Source: Obrimoposthia wandeli
Taxonomy: Eukaryota
Length of the DNA: 64,000 nucleotides
NCBI GenBank assembly: GCA_977020255.1
Contig: CDROCS010000506.1
Span: 62,001-126,000, forward strand
Direction: 5' to 3'
The position numbers and the translations under genes are program-made. Under the pieces are notes generated by a model. The model searched no databases, had not been told where the DNA came from, and was given only the letters and a program-made list of their open reading frames with translations. This document shows, one piece after another, positions 63,369-64,000 of this stretch. Position 1 is the stretch's first letter. Every line of letters starts with the position of its first letter.

Positions 63369-64000
63369 TTAACCAACTTTATCTAACTTTACCGGATTAA
63401 GCTTTACGACTTGTGCATTGACGTAGTCAGCAACAGCGGCTTGTTGGGCTTTGTCTAAGTACAAACCAAGCTTAGTACGACGCCACAATACATCTTCCGC
63501 TTTCTTGGCAAATTCTGTTTCAATCAAGTAATCAATTTCGCGGCTGTAAACACCGTGACCAAAGTTAACACCGAAATCAGCTTCAGATTTACAATCAGCG
63601 AATAATTTCCAAGTATCGGTACCAAACTGATTTACATAACGCGTCGCAGTTTCAGGGTTTAGCCATAAATGCTGTGAACAGATGTTGGCAACTAGCTGTG
63701 TACGTGGGTAGCTAAAATCACCGCCCGGCAACGGCGTATCAGCTGTCCATGAATCACCTAACTTATCAAAGTACGGTGAAATCAGTGTCATTGCTGACTC
63801 TGCTAACTTACGGTAAGTCGTTAACTTGCCACCGAAGATAGATAGCAATGGCGCTTGTGTGCCTTCTTGCTCTAGTTCCAGTGTGTAATCACGTGTGATT
63901 GCTTGTGGAGATGAAGATTCGTCATCACACAGTGGACGTACGCCACTGTAAGTCCAAACAACATCGCTTGGCGCAAGTTGTTTCACAAAATGTTCGTTTA
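63369..64000 (-). CDS. glpD: Aerobic glycerol-3-phosphate dehydrogenase, 3' part (runs off window end)
   Basis: VVWTYSGVRPLCDDESSSPQAITRDY, FGGKLTTYRKLAE, DVLWRRTKLGL; the frame stays open to 64000. Confidence 0.94.
   Translation of the reverse strand, partial: NEHFVKQLAPSDVVWTYSGVRPLCDDESSSPQAITRDYTLELEQEGTQAPLLSIFGGKLTTYRKLAESAMTLISPYFDKLGDSWTADTPLPGGDFSYPRTQLVANICSQHLWLNPETATRYVNQFGTDTWKLFADCKSEADFGVNFGHGVYSREIDYLIETEFAKKAEDVLWRRTKLGLYLDKAQQAAVADYVNAQVVKLNPVKLDKVG

Overview
64 kb chromosomal window from a marine gammaproteobacterium (Moritella-like by gene content and style; inference). Bases 1-31 kb are clean: a CNT nucleoside transporter, the liuABCDE + acetoacetyl-CoA synthetase leucine operon, a persulfide dioxygenase/YeeE-YedE/ArsR cluster, catalase + patatin, glgC, etfBA, an amidohydrolase + agmatine-deiminase-family operon, a gamma-glutamylation operon (GS-like ligase, ALDH, Fe-ADH, class I GATase), ogt and a cold-shock gene. 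From ~31 to ~57.5 kb many genes are broken by dense indels: Hcy methyltransferase, yqhC/yqhD, LysR/LysE, HD-GYP, a response regulator, an MCP, mdtL/yidZ, a DUF4062-like gene, a BspA-type LRR lipoprotein and an ISNCY element. This looks at least partly like unpolished long-read consensus, so pseudogene calls there are provisional. The window ends with clean SRPBCC, patatin, ProX-like SBP, ETF-QO and partial glpD genes. Best lead: an unexplained 63-nt ungapped conserved non-coding motif (48/63 identical) upstream of both amine-catabolic operons, with a 20-nt core recurring upstream of the orphan ProX-like SBP. This suggests a co-regulated catabolic pathway for an unknown guanidino/amino compound. 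Other leads: a ~140-nt rod-like structured element at 933-1070, a stand-alone CheA P2-like protein, attC-like remnants around ydeI, the LRR lipoprotein repeat array, and a cryptic small Cys-rich secreted ORF. No rRNA, tRNA or CRISPR array was found.
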